From positions 28,801 to 92,800 of the forward strand of contig CAVWCB010000004.1 of the NCBI GenBank assembly GCA_963753425.1: a stretch of DNA of 64,000 nucleotides, written 5' to 3'. The notes below the pieces were generated by a model, which did no database searches, had not been told where the DNA came from, and was given only the letters and a program-made list of their open reading frames with translations. A program made the position numbers and the translations under genes. This document shows, piece by piece, positions 42,445 to 51,925 of the stretch (its first letter is position 1; each line of letters starts with the position of its first letter). This stretch comes from an uncultured Actinomycetota bacterium (lineage in GTDB: Bacteria > Actinomycetota > Actinomycetes > Actinomycetales > Cellulomonadaceae).

Positions 42445-42651
42445 ATGGTCGCGCTGACGTACGACGTGCGCACGGTGCGCATCCCGATCCCTCGACTCGT
42501 GATCGGCGCCGGCCGCAGACGCCTGCAGCGGGCACGACGCCCGGTCGTGCACGGTCCCCACTGGGTGCGGGCCGAGCGTGCTCTCACGGACCGTCGCCGC
42601 GATGCGCACCGCGATGCCGCCCTCGCCGCGCGGGTCGGCGCGGGGTTCTGA
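42445..42651 (+). CDS. Small Arg-rich hypothetical protein (68 aa)
   Basis: SD GAGGAGG with an ATG just after the regulator stop. Confidence 0.5.
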   Translation: MVALTYDVRTVRIPIPRLVIGAGRRRLQRARRPVVHGPHWVRAERALTDRRRDAHRDAALAARVGAGF

Positions 42652-42670
42652 ACCTCAAGGACCCACGGAG

Positions 42671-42696
42671 CAATCCGGATCGCCATCCGCACCGAA
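42671..42696 (+). promoter_or_regulatory. SigK-type promoter for sigK
   Basis: CAATCC-N15-CCGAA. Confidence 0.7.
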
Positions 42697-42735
42697 CACC
42701 CTTGTGACACGTTCCTTCAACGCTCGGGTGCCTTC

Positions 42736-43437
42736 ATGTCTCTCGTCCTGCCAGCGGCCCCCGCCGCACGCGGTTCGTCCCCTCGCGGCCCTGCCGCAGA
42801 GCGAGCCGCTGCACGGTGGGGCACACTGGCCCGCGTGGAACCAGCCTCGAGACCTGCCGGTCCCGCCGCTGATGTTGTCGCTCCCGCGGATCCCTTGACC
42901 GCCGAGGGTCTGCTGCAAGCGGTCGCGGCGGGAGACGACCGTGCCTTCGCCGCCCTCTACGACACCCTGGGTCGCAGCGTGTTCGGCACCTGCCTGGGCG
43001 TGCTGCGCGACCCGGACCACGCGGCCGAGGTCGCCCAGGAGGTCTGGGTCGAGGTCTGGCGCCAGGCACCCCGGTACGACGCCGGCCGCGGATCCGCCCG
43101 CACCTGGGCGTTGACCCTCGCGCACCGTCGCGCCGTCGACCGCGTCCGCTCCGTGCAGTCGCAGCGCGACCGCGACCAGCGCGACCTCGACCTGAGCGCC
43201 GACCGACCGTTCGACGTCGTCGCCGACGAGGTGGAGTCCGCCCTCGAGCAGACCCGCGTCCGGGATTGCCTCGGCACCTTGACGTCGACGCAGAAGGAGG
43301 CCGTGGTGCTCGCGTACTACGGCGGCCGAACCTACCGTGAGGTGGCCGACGAGCTCGCCGCGCCGCTGCCCACGGTGAAGTCGCGCATCCGGGACGGCTT
43401 GCTCCGTCTCCGCGACTGCCTGGGGGTGAGCGCATGA
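42736..43437 (+). CDS. sigK: ECF sigma factor, SigK-like
   Basis: AEVAQEVWVEVWR, LAHRRAVDRVRS, LAYYGGRTYREVA and TVKSRIRDGL motifs. Confidence 0.85.
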   Translation: MSLVLPAAPAARGSSPRGPAAERAAARWGTLARVEPASRPAGPAADVVAPADPLTAEGLLQAVAAGDDRAFAALYDTLGRSVFGTCLGVLRDPDHAAEVAQEVWVEVWRQAPRYDAGRGSARTWALTLAHRRAVDRVRSVQSQRDRDQRDLDLSADRPFDVVADEVESALEQTRVRDCLGTLTSTQKEAVVLAYYGGRTYREVADELAAPLPTVKSRIRDGLLRLRDCLGVSA

Positions 43438-44264
43438 GCGAGTACCGAGACGTGGACGACACGGTCTCCGACGACGCCCGTTCGCTCCTCGGCGCCTACG
43501 CCGTGGACGCCGTCGACGACTCCGAGCGCGACGCGGTCGAGGCGCTCGTCGCCCGCGACCCCGACGCCGCCCGCGAGCTCGCCTCCCTGCTCGCCGTCGC
43601 GGCGACCCTCGGCGACTCGGTCGCCGCAGACCCGCCGCCCGCGCTGCGCGCCTCGGTGCTGGCCGCGATCTCGACGACCTCGCAGTTCGGCCCGCTGACC
43701 GGACCGCGCCATGCGGTGCCGGACGTCGAGGCCACTGCTCCCGTACTGGTGCCCGCACCGGTGCTCGAGACGTCGTCGGCACCCACGACGAACGTCACCG
43801 ACCTGGCGTCGCGCCGCCCCTCGCGGACCCGCTGGCTCGCGATCGCCGCGGCCGTCGCGATCGGTGCGGCGATCCCGACCGCGCTCGCGGTGCAGCAGGG
43901 TCAGCGCGCCGACCAGGCCGAGCAGCAGCAGCAGGCGTTCGCCGACCTGCTGACGGACCCGTCCGCGGTCGTCGTGCACGGCACGATCCCCGGGGGCGGA
44001 TCCGCCACGGGCGTCCTGACCGACTCGAAGGCGCTGATCAGCGCGTCCGACCTGCCGGACCCCGGCGACGGGCACGTCTACCAGCTCTGGGTGGTCAGTG
44101 GTGACCAGGCCGCATCGGCCGGCATCCTCGCCGAGGGCGGCGGCAACGCCCGTGCGCTGGCCGACGACTTCGCCGCGGGCGACGCGCTCGCGGTGACGGT
44201 CGAGCCGGAGGGCGGCTCCACGCAGCCCACCACGACGCCGGTCGTCGTCCTCTCCGCTACCTGA
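43434..44264 (+). CDS. rskA: Anti-sigma factor, RskA-like
   Basis: LLGAYAVDAV, one TM, VYQLW and AVTVEPEGGSTQPT motifs. Confidence 0.85.
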   Translation: MSEYRDVDDTVSDDARSLLGAYAVDAVDDSERDAVEALVARDPDAARELASLLAVAATLGDSVAADPPPALRASVLAAISTTSQFGPLTGPRHAVPDVEATAPVLVPAPVLETSSAPTTNVTDLASRRPSRTRWLAIAAAVAIGAAIPTALAVQQGQRADQAEQQQQAFADLLTDPSAVVVHGTIPGGGSATGVLTDSKALISASDLPDPGDGHVYQLWVVSGDQAASAGILAEGGGNARALADDFAAGDALAVTVEPEGGSTQPTTTPVVVLSAT

Positions 44265-45133
44265 CCGGGGCACCGAACCGTGCGATGCAGTGCCACAGCC
44301 GCTTGAGCTCCTCCGCGTCCTCGGTACCTCGAGCGGCTGCCCGCCCGAGCACTGCCGCGTCCAGCACCCCGTGCTCCGCAACCCGGTGGCCGGCGGAGAC
44401 GATGTGAGGTCCACGGAAGTCGGGATGCCGGTCGAGCTCGGACACGGACAGGCGTCTGCCCTCGTGCCATTCGACCGGTACCCCTAGGGCGCGCGCCTGG
44501 TTCTCGGTCTCGGTACACCGAAAGGACGGGTCGAGGACGAGTGCCTCGACGTCGGAGGCTGAGCTCGATCACGCCGTGCACGTGCGCCTCGATGTAGTCG
44601 TCGAGCTGACCGCCCTCGGTGGCTTCCCGGTCATCGGTGCGCTCGAGCCGGTCGAACTCGTCGGCGAGGCGGACCAGGTCGAACCGGCCGGCCGTGGCGA
44701 AGTCCTTGGGCTCGAGAACGGAGTCGGGGAAGCAGAAGGTGGTGCGAGCCAGAACCTCACCGGTCAGTCGTAGGTGCGCGGAGCCGAACCGGGGTGCCGC
44801 GCCGACGCTGCGTCGGCGGTGGTTGAGAGCTCCGTACTTGGGCCGTTCCGCTGCGGGGGCATCGTCATAGGCGCCTCCGAAGATGCGCTGCTCCCAGTTC
44901 CAGCGAGCTCCGCCCGGCCGTGCAGTGAGACCGCCGTTGCTCGTTCCGGTCTCGAACTGCGAGCGGTAGACACCGTCTCGACCGAGGAGACGCAGGACCG
45001 AGTCGGCGCCGACGAGGCGTTCCGGGTGGAAGTTCACGGTCACGCGCATCGACGGGTCGAGCGGCCCTCCTGAGGCTCCCCGAGCCACATGGTCCACGGC
45101 CGCACGGGCCCATCTGCTGATGTCCTCGCGCAT
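44257..45133 (-). CDS. DUF3626-like protein (frameshift near 44550)
   Basis: VTVNFHP, SQFETGTSNGGL, RPKYGALN, RFGSAH and DDYIEAHVHG motifs. Confidence 0.75.
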
Positions 45134-45161
45134 AGGGCCATGGTGCCTGAGTCCCGCCCAG

Positions 45162-45207
45162 GCACGACAAACCCCCCGCGCCGTACCCAGCGCGGGGGGT
45201 GTCGTGC
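45162..45207 (-). terminator. Terminator hairpin after the fasciclin gene
   Basis: GCACGACAAACCCCCCGCG...CGCGGGGGGTGTCGTGC. Confidence 0.7.
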
Positions 45208-45244
45208 TCACCGGTCGTCAGGGGACAGACCGGGAGCTGGCGGG

Positions 45245-45928
45245 TCACATCGTCGGCATGAGCACCGAGTCGATGAGGTAGACCGTCGCGTTGGCGGTGT
45301 GGACGCCGCCGCAGATGACCTTGGCGCCGTTCACCGTCATGTTGTCGCCGGTGCCCTCGACGTCGACCGTGCCGCCCTCGACGGTGGTCTGCGTGCCGTC
45401 GATCATGTCCGGCGACAGCTGCCCGGGCACGACGTGGTAGGTCAGGATCTTCGACAGCGTGGCCGAGTCGGTCTTGAGGGACTCGATGGTGGCCGGGTCG
45501 ATCTTGGCGAAGGCGTCGTCGACCGGGGCGAAGACGGTGAACTCGCTGCCGTTGAGCGTGTCGACGAGGTTGACGTCCGGGTTCAGCTGGCCCGAGACCG
45601 CCGCGACGAGCGTCTTGAGCAGCGGGTTGTTCGACGCCGCGACGGCGACCGGGTCGGTCGACATGCCGGTGACGGAGCCGGGGCCGTCCGGGACGGCCGT
45701 GGCGTAGGCGGCACAGCCGGGGCCGACGAGGTCAGAGGCGGGGTCGGCCATCGTCGTGTCGTCGGTGGCCATGTCGTCCGGGGTCGCCGACGGCTCGGTC
45801 ATCGCCGAGGCGTCGGAGCCGGAGCCTGCGGTGTCGTCGTTCGACGAGCTGGAGCAGGCGGTGAGCGCGAGGCCCGTGAAGCCGGCGAGCAGGACGGCGG
45901 CGATGCGAGTGCGGTTCGTGGTGCGCAT
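45245..45928 (-). CDS. Fasciclin (FAS1) lipoprotein, MPT83/MPT70-like
   Basis: Lipobox LTAC; [20 protein letters not shown] and [20 protein letters not shown] motifs. Confidence 0.9.
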   Translation of the reverse strand: MRTTNRTRIAAVLLAGFTGLALTACSSSSNDDTAGSGSDASAMTEPSATPDDMATDDTTMADPASDLVGPGCAAYATAVPDGPGSVTGMSTDPVAVAASNNPLLKTLVAAVSGQLNPDVNLVDTLNGSEFTVFAPVDDAFAKIDPATIESLKTDSATLSKILTYHVVPGQLSPDMIDGTQTTVEGGTVDVEGTGDNMTVNGAKVICGGVHTANATVYLIDSVLMPTM

Positions 45929-45993
45929 GATGACTCTCCCTGATGGTCGTGGTCCGGGTGCTGGTCACCCGGTCGTCCCCTGTCGCAGGGTGG

Positions 45994-46019
45994 TTCGGGA
46001 CGGTCGCCATGCCGGATGG
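45994..46019 (-). promoter_or_regulatory. SigK-type promoter for the fasciclin gene
   Basis: Minus-strand CCATCC-N15-CCGAA. Confidence 0.75.
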
Positions 46020-46121
46020 GTCCGGATCGAGATCAATTTCTCGACGCCCCACAACGCCTGGGAGTCGAAGCGGCAGCCGGGTTGTGAGGAGCGCGCGCGA
46101 GGACGCCGATCGCCGGTCGAC

Positions 46122-46147
46122 CCATCCGCGCGGGCCGTCGTGGCGAA
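46122..46147 (+). promoter_or_regulatory. SigK-type promoter for dipZ (probably leaderless)
   Basis: CCATCC-N15-GCGAA, 8 nt before ATG 46156. Confidence 0.7.
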
Positions 46148-46155
46148 CTCCCGCC

Positions 46156-48087
46156 ATGGACCTCCTCACGCTCGCGCTCATCGGCCTCATCGGTGGCCTC
46201 ATCACCGGCATCTCGCCGTGCATCCTCCCCGTGCTCCCGGTGGTGTTCTTCGCCGGCGGAGTCGAGGCCGCGCGAGATCAACCCAAGGAACCCAAGAAGG
46301 CAAGTCGCGCCGGCGCCGGCGGCGACCCACCCGGTCGACCTGCCGTCGCCACGAAGGCGGCACCGCGCGGGATGACGGTGGGCGCGATGGCGCAGCCGTC
46401 CTTCCTGAACCGCGCACCGGCTGCGGGTGGCGACGACAACTCGAACGACGGCGCCGTCGCGGTCCTGGACCGGCCGGAGCCTGATGAGAAGCGCGACCGC
46501 GCGGCAGCCCGCCGTCCGTACCTCGTCATCGCCGGCCTGGTCACGAGCTTCACGCTGGTGACCCTCGTCGGCACGGTCGTGCTCAACCTGCTCGGCCTGC
46601 CGCAGGACCTGCTGCGCTGGGCGGGGATCATCGTGCTCGCCCTGCTGGGCTTCGGCCTGCTGATCCCGCGCTTCGAGGAGCTCCTCGAGCGCCCGTTCGC
46701 TCGGCTGACCCCGAACCGCGTGCCGGGCAAGGGCCGGGGCGGGTTCGTCCTGGGCCTCGGGCTCGGCGCGGTGTACGTGCCGTGCGCCGGCCCGGTGCTC
46801 GCCGCGATCACCGTCGCCGGAGCGACCGGGACCGTCGGGCTGAGCACGATCGTGCTGACCGTGACCTTCGCGCTCGGCGCGGCTATCCCGCTGCTGATCC
46901 TCGCGCTCGCGGGCCGCAAGGTCGCCGAGCGGATCGCGGCGTTCCGCACCCACCAGCGCGGCATCCGCGCCGCGGGCGGGGTGCTGATGATCTTGCTGGC
47001 CCTCGCGCTCACGTTCAACGTCACCGACGCGATCCAGCGTGCGCTGCCCGGGTACACGGATGCTCTGCAGTCCAAGGTCGCGTCGAACGAGACCGTGCAG
47101 AAGCAGCTCGACCTCGGCGGGCTCGTCACCTCGGAGAACGAGAAGATCGGTGACTGCACCAACAACTCCGCCACGCTCGAGGACTGCGGCCCGGCTCCCG
47201 CGCTGCGCGGCATCGACACGTGGCTGAACACCGCGGACGGTGCGCCGATCGACCTGGCGTCACTCAAGGGCAAGGTCGTCCTGCTCGACTTCTGGGCGTA
47301 CTCCTGCATCAACTGCCAGCGCTCGGTCCCGCACGTGACCGCGTGGGACAAGGCCTACAAGGACGACGGCCTGGTCGTCATCGGGGTGCACACCCCGGAG
47401 TACGCGTTCGAGCGCGAGACCCGCAACGTGGTCGACGGCGCCAAGCGTCTCGGCATCACCTACCCCGTGGCGCAGGACAACTCGTACGCCACCTGGACCG
47501 CATACCGGAACCGCTTCTGGCCGGCGCACTACCTGATCGACGCCTCGGGGACGATCCGCCAGGTCTCCCAGGGTGAGGGCGGCTATGTCCAGACGGAGGC
47601 CCTGATCCGCGAGCTCCTCAAGGACGCCGACCCGAGCGTGCAGCTTCCCGACGAGACCGCCGTGGCCGACTCGACCCCGGTCGACGACGTCACCCAGGAG
47701 ACGTTCCTGTCCGTCAGCAAGCACCGCAATGTGGCTGGCGACTATCGCGAAGGCACGTCGACATACACGCTGCCTGACGACCAAGAATCGGACACGATCG
47801 CACTCGGTGGAACCTGGACGACCGATTATCAAGGCGCCACCGCGGGCCCCGATGCCGTGCTGCGGCTGCGTTATCACGCGGCTGTCGTCCAGATTGTGCT
47901 GGGCGGCACGGGCACTGTGACATCCGAGAGCGTCGACGCGAACGGCAAGTCCTCGGATCCGCAGCAGGCCGATGTCTCGGGACCGCCACGCGCGTACCCG
48001 CTGGTCACAGGGTCCACGACGGCCGAGGGCACGCTGGAGATCCACGTGCCTGAGGGTGTCCAGGTCTTCTCCCTCACGTTCGGGTGA
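46156..48087 (+). CDS. dipZ: DipZ: CcdA transmembrane domain plus thioredoxin domain
   Basis: SPCILPVLP, VPCAGPVL, DFWAYSCINCQR and C-terminal SLTFG. Confidence 0.9.
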   Translation: MDLLTLALIGLIGGLITGISPCILPVLPVVFFAGGVEAARDQPKEPKKASRAGAGGDPPGRPAVATKAAPRGMTVGAMAQPSFLNRAPAAGGDDNSNDGAVAVLDRPEPDEKRDRAAARRPYLVIAGLVTSFTLVTLVGTVVLNLLGLPQDLLRWAGIIVLALLGFGLLIPRFEELLERPFARLTPNRVPGKGRGGFVLGLGLGAVYVPCAGPVLAAITVAGATGTVGLSTIVLTVTFALGAAIPLLILALAGRKVAERIAAFRTHQRGIRAAGGVLMILLALALTFNVTDAIQRALPGYTDALQSKVASNETVQKQLDLGGLVTSENEKIGDCTNNSATLEDCGPAPALRGIDTWLNTADGAPIDLASLKGKVVLLDFWAYSCINCQRSVPHVTAWDKAYKDDGLVVIGVHTPEYAFERETRNVVDGAKRLGITYPVAQDNSYATWTAYRNRFWPAHYLIDASGTIRQVSQGEGGYVQTEALIRELLKDADPSVQLPDETAVADSTPVDDVTQETFLSVSKHRNVAGDYREGTSTYTLPDDQESDTIALGGTWTTDYQGATAGPDAVLRLRYHAAVVQIVLGGTGTVTSESVDANGKSSDPQQADVSGPPRAYPLVTGSTTAEGTLEIHVPEGVQVFSLTFG

Positions 48088-48250
48088 CCGTCCACGGATG
48101 TGGTCGACCGTCCGGATTGCACCGGGTGAAGCCACAAGGAGTCCTCAGAAAGGGCTCAGATACCGCCAAGCGGGTGAAAAGGTCGTCTGTCCGGAATTGC
48201 GCAGGTCCGACCACTTCCGTCACGGACACCGGTCGTCTAATGTCGCAGTT

Positions 48251-48331
48251 GTCAGCGAAACGGCAAACCCTCCGCAAGGAGGGGACGCAAAGCCACGGGA
48301 CCTACACGGTCAGCCGGGCTACCGAACAGAC
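48251..48331 (+). ncRNA. Cyclic di-GMP-I (GEMM) riboswitch
   Basis: GGCAAACCC-TCC-GCAA-GGA-GGGGACGCAAAGCCACGGGACCTA...GGTCAGCCGGGCTACCG matches the GEMM core, including the GNRA loop. Confidence 0.9.
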
Positions 48332-48342
48332 AGGACAGCACC

Positions 48343-48498
48343 ATGGACCAGCGCGGCTACTCAGTTGACCCGACCGAAGCGTCTATCCCGGTCAAGGTCT
48401 CGTTTCCCGCCACCCGCCTGCAGGCGTGGGCCGGCCTCGCGGCTCGCGGCAAGACGGTCGAGCTGATTCCGGCGCAGCGCGAGCACGCAGCAGCCTGA
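48343..48498 (+). CDS. Riboswitch-controlled small protein (51 aa, absent from the ORF track)
   Basis: SD AGGA; MDQRGYSVDPTEASIPVKVSFPATRLQAWAGLAARGKTVELIPAQREHAAA*; followed by a terminator. Confidence 0.7.
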   Translation: MDQRGYSVDPTEASIPVKVSFPATRLQAWAGLAARGKTVELIPAQREHAAA

Positions 48499-48535
48499 CT
48501 CGACGGCACGGGACGCACCACCACCGCTCACGACC

Positions 48536-48567
48536 AGACCCCCGGATCCTCACGGATCCGGGGGTCT
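48536..48567 (+). terminator. Intrinsic terminator
   Basis: AGACCCCCGGATCC-TCAC-GGATCCGGGGGTCT, a perfect 14-bp stem. Confidence 0.85.
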
Positions 48568-48704
48568 CGTCATGCCCGCGACGCATGCCTCGGGAGGAGT
48601 GGAACCGCGTTGTGGCGGGTTTGTGCAGATCGTGCGGTGACTCAGTTAGCATCTGCCGCAGCGGATCGGCCACTCGGGGCAGGTCCTGGTGGAGAGAAGG
48701 ACGC

Positions 48705-49085
48705 ATGAACAGCTTTTCGCAGTGGTTCTGGCTGCTGATCTGGTGGTTCCTGATCGTCGTCTACTTGATGATCCTGTTCCAGATCATCGGAGACCTGTTC
48801 CGCGACCACAAGCTCAGCGGCTGGTGGAAGGCGCTCTGGATCATCGGCCTCGTCGTCGCGCCCTTCCTGATCGCGCTGATCTACCTCATCGCGCGTGGCA
48901 GGGGGATGGCGGAGCGCCAGATCGAGGCCATGAAGACGGCCCAGGCGAGCACGGACTCCTACATCCGCGAGGTCGCCGGCAGCAAGTCGCCGGCCGACCA
49001 CATCGCCGACGCAAAGGCGCTGCTCGACTCGGGTGCGATCTCGCAGGACGAGTACACGGCGCTCAAGGCCAAGGCGCTCGCCTGA
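48705..49085 (+). CDS. PLDc_N/SHOCT domain membrane protein
   Basis: DLFRDHKLSGWWKALW and AKALLDSGAISQDEYTALKAK motifs. Confidence 0.85.
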   Translation: MNSFSQWFWLLIWWFLIVVYLMILFQIIGDLFRDHKLSGWWKALWIIGLVVAPFLIALIYLIARGRGMAERQIEAMKTAQASTDSYIREVAGSKSPADHIADAKALLDSGAISQDEYTALKAKALA

Positions 49086-49103
49086 CCTAGCCAGACAGCC
49101 AGA

Positions 49104-49139
49104 CTCCGGGTCGGTACCCCTGCGGGTGCCGGCCCGGAG
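49104..49139. terminator. Bidirectional terminator hairpin
   Basis: CTCCGGGTCGGTACCC-CTGC-GGGTGCCGGCCCGGAG between convergent genes. Confidence 0.7.
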
Positions 49140-49160
49140 GTGTGTCCGGGCCGCTGCGGG

Positions 49161-51767
49161 CTAGAGCTCGCCGCGCTTCTGCAGGTACTGCATGGCGACC
49201 CAGCCGATGGGGATGCGCAGCCAGTAGGTCACCACGCGGAAGACGACCGCGATGGACGTCGCGATACCGGCGTTGATGCCGGTGATGCTGGTGAGCGCTC
49301 CGGCCAGCGCCAGCTCGATGGTGCCCATCCCGCCGGGCGTCGGGATCAGGGCACCCGCGGTGTTGCCGACGAGGTAGACCAGGGCCACCTGGATGAGGGT
49401 CGCGTGCTGCCCGAAGGCCTGCATCGCCGCGTAGAACGCGAAGATGAACCCGAGTGTCATGAGCAGGTTGCCGGCGAGCGCGAGCGCGAGACGCCACGGC
49501 TGCCCGAGCACCTCGATGAGCCGGGGCCAGGTCTGGCGCAGCGTCGGCAACGTCTTGGCGAGCACCCACTGGCGCACGCGCGGGATCAACAGGGACGCGG
49601 CGACGAGCGCGGCGACGATGCCGATCACGACGAGCACCGCGGGCGAGATCGGCAGTGCCGACTCCTTGTTCCCGGACGCCAGCGTGAGCACGAGCAACAG
49701 GGCCAGCGTGACGATCAGCTGGCTGACCTGGACGAGCGCCACGGTCGCGGCCGACAGGGTGGCCGAGACGCCGCGCTTGGTGAGCATCCGCAGGTTCAGG
49801 GCGGCCGGTCCCAGGCCGGCCGGCGCCGCGAGGGCGACGAAGGCCGCGGCGGTCTGCACGAGGACCGTGGTCCACAGTCTGAGCTTGACGGGCGAGAACG
49901 CGACGAAGGCGAGAGCAGCCCCGAGCAGGGTGAGCATGCCGAGCAGGAAGGCGACGGCGGTCCACCGCCAGTCGCTCTGCGCAAGGGCGCTGGAGATCTC
50001 GTCGATGTTGATGCTCGTGACGACGAACAGCACGGCGACGATCGGCACGACGACGGTCAGCACCGTGCGCGCGCCGAACCTGACCAGCTGCTGCGGCGCG
50101 ACGTCGGCCTCGGGCAGCCGCGCGACCAGAGCCGAGCGCAGCTCCGCGAGCACCTCCTTGTGGGCGCGCATCTCGTCGCGGGTCAGCCGCGGCAGCGAGA
50201 TCGTCTGCAGCAACGGACCGATCGCCCCGATGTCGTCGTCGGGCAGGACGCCGGCGGCCGAGCCCACCGCGCGCGCGGCGCCGACCCGCAGCGCGAGGAG
50301 CGCCACGAGCTGGGTGACGTCCATGCGCCGGGCGAGCTCGGAGGACGCGACGTCGCCCAGCTCCCAGCTCGTGATCCACACGACGGGTCGGCCGACGACG
50401 TCCTCGACCAGGATCACGTCACTGGTCAGCGCGCGGTGCGCGATACCCGCGTCGTGCGCGAGGCGCAGCTGGGCCCAGATCTCGGCGAGCAGGTCGTCGG
50501 TGAAGTGCTCGGGATCGATGTCGGCGAGCGGGACGGCTCGGCTGGGTCGCTCCTGGACGAGCAGCATCGAGTCCTCGGACTCGGCCAGGCTCAGCAGCTT
50601 GGGGGTGCGGACGCCAGCGGCACGGGCGGCGTAGGCCAGCAGAGCGGCGCGTTCGCTCGCCTGCCGCAGGGAGACGACCGACCGCCCCTCGATGCCGCGC
50701 ATCCGCAGCGTCCGCCACAGGCGCGCGAGCATGCCGACCACCTGACGGTCGCCGTCGATGACCACGAGGTCGAGGTCGTCGCCGGCGTCGGTGGTCAGCG
50801 TGTAGACGCGGTCGCGGGTGGACCGGGTCAGCGCGCGAGCGGCCGGGTCGGTGCCCAGGGCCGGCAGCGGGACCTGGGAGACGCGGGCCTCGGCGTCGGT
50901 GGTGGGGTCGGCGACGCGCACCAGGCGGACGGGCTCGAACCCGGCTCGCCGCACGCCCCCGACCAGGCTCTCGCCGTACGCCCGCTCGGACAGCACGCCC
51001 GACAGGTAGCGCACGCCCAGGCCCGCCACGCGTCCGATCAGGAACGAGACCAGCAGGCCGGGAAGCGACACCCCGGCGGTGATCAGCAGGACGCCGACCG
51101 CCACCCAGAGCAGGTTCCACGACCACTTCACGGTCCGCCGACGCGAGCGTGGCCCGACGACGGTGAGCAGCGCCACCAGCAGCGCGACGTACGCCGGCAG
51201 CGTCACCACCCACGCACCACCGGACCGGATGGACAGGCCGATCGAGAGCTCGGTGGACGCCAGCTGCTCGACGCCGTACCGCGCCATCTCGTTGAGCACG
51301 ACCGCCACGAGGCCCGCGAGCAGACCCTCGAGCAGCTGTCGTCCGAGGCGTCGGAACGCGAGCTCCGTGATCACGGCCAGCGGGACCACCAGGGTCACGA
51401 AGCCCTCGAGCACCTGCACGGGCACGAAGAGGATCTGCGACAGCAGGCTGGCGAAGCCTTGGACGTCCTCGGCCACGCCGGTCGTCGTGTTGTGCGCGTA
51501 GGTGGCCAACACCATGACCAGCACGATGGCGAGCGCCGACAGGATCGTGCCGAGCAGGTCGCTCGGGTGGTGCACGCGCGAGATCGGGATGTCGATGATC
51601 TCGATCGGGGTGCGGGGCGGCTCGTCGGCGGGGGCGGTGTCCGAGGTCGACGGTGCCGGTGGATCGTCTGCGGCCGTGACCAGGCCCGCGGCGGCGAGCT
51701 CCTCGGCGGCCGCGCGACTGGCGGACGGCGTCGCGGACATAGGGGCGAGTCTAGGCAGCGTGGCCAT
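49161..51767 (-). CDS. Lysylphosphatidylglycerol synthase TM/flippase-like protein with central kinase-like domain
   Basis: N-terminal TMs, central AHDAGIAHRAL, C-terminal PTPGGMGTIE...FRVVTYW. Confidence 0.8.
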   Translation of the reverse strand: MATLPRLAPMSATPSASRAAAEELAAAGLVTAADDPPAPSTSDTAPADEPPRTPIEIIDIPISRVHHPSDLLGTILSALAIVLVMVLATYAHNTTTGVAEDVQGFASLLSQILFVPVQVLEGFVTLVVPLAVITELAFRRLGRQLLEGLLAGLVAVVLNEMARYGVEQLASTELSIGLSIRSGGAWVVTLPAYVALLVALLTVVGPRSRRRTVKWSWNLLWVAVGVLLITAGVSLPGLLVSFLIGRVAGLGVRYLSGVLSERAYGESLVGGVRRAGFEPVRLVRVADPTTDAEARVSQVPLPALGTDPAARALTRSTRDRVYTLTTDAGDDLDLVVIDGDRQVVGMLARLWRTLRMRGIEGRSVVSLRQASERAALLAYAARAAGVRTPKLLSLAESEDSMLLVQERPSRAVPLADIDPEHFTDDLLAEIWAQLRLAHDAGIAHRALTSDVILVEDVVGRPVVWITSWELGDVASSELARRMDVTQLVALLALRVGAARAVGSAAGVLPDDDIGAIGPLLQTISLPRLTRDEMRAHKEVLAELRSALVARLPEADVAPQQLVRFGARTVLTVVVPIVAVLFVVTSINIDEISSALAQSDWRWTAVAFLLGMLTLLGAALAFVAFSPVKLRLWTTVLVQTAAAFVALAAPAGLGPAALNLRMLTKRGVSATLSAATVALVQVSQLIVTLALLLVLTLASGNKESALPISPAVLVVIGIVAALVAASLLIPRVRQWVLAKTLPTLRQTWPRLIEVLGQPWRLALALAGNLLMTLGFIFAFYAAMQAFGQHATLIQVALVYLVGNTAGALIPTPGGMGTIELALAGALTSITGINAGIATSIAVVFRVVTYWLRIPIGWVAMQYLQKRGEL

Positions 51768-51925
51768 GATCGCCCGGTACGTGGCGCGGTCCCTGACGCG
51801 TGGTCCTGCGCACACCGCGACGCACCCTCACCACGACCCGTCGGTACGCCGTGCGCCGCGGTCGGTCGACTACCGTGGCGCACGAGCCGGCGTGCGAGCG
51901 CTGTCGCCCCGAATCTCGTGGAGGC

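Noticed and set aside
48251-48331. cGAMP-sensing GEMM-Ib variant
   Set aside because: The specificity position reads G (..ACGGCAAACC), not A.
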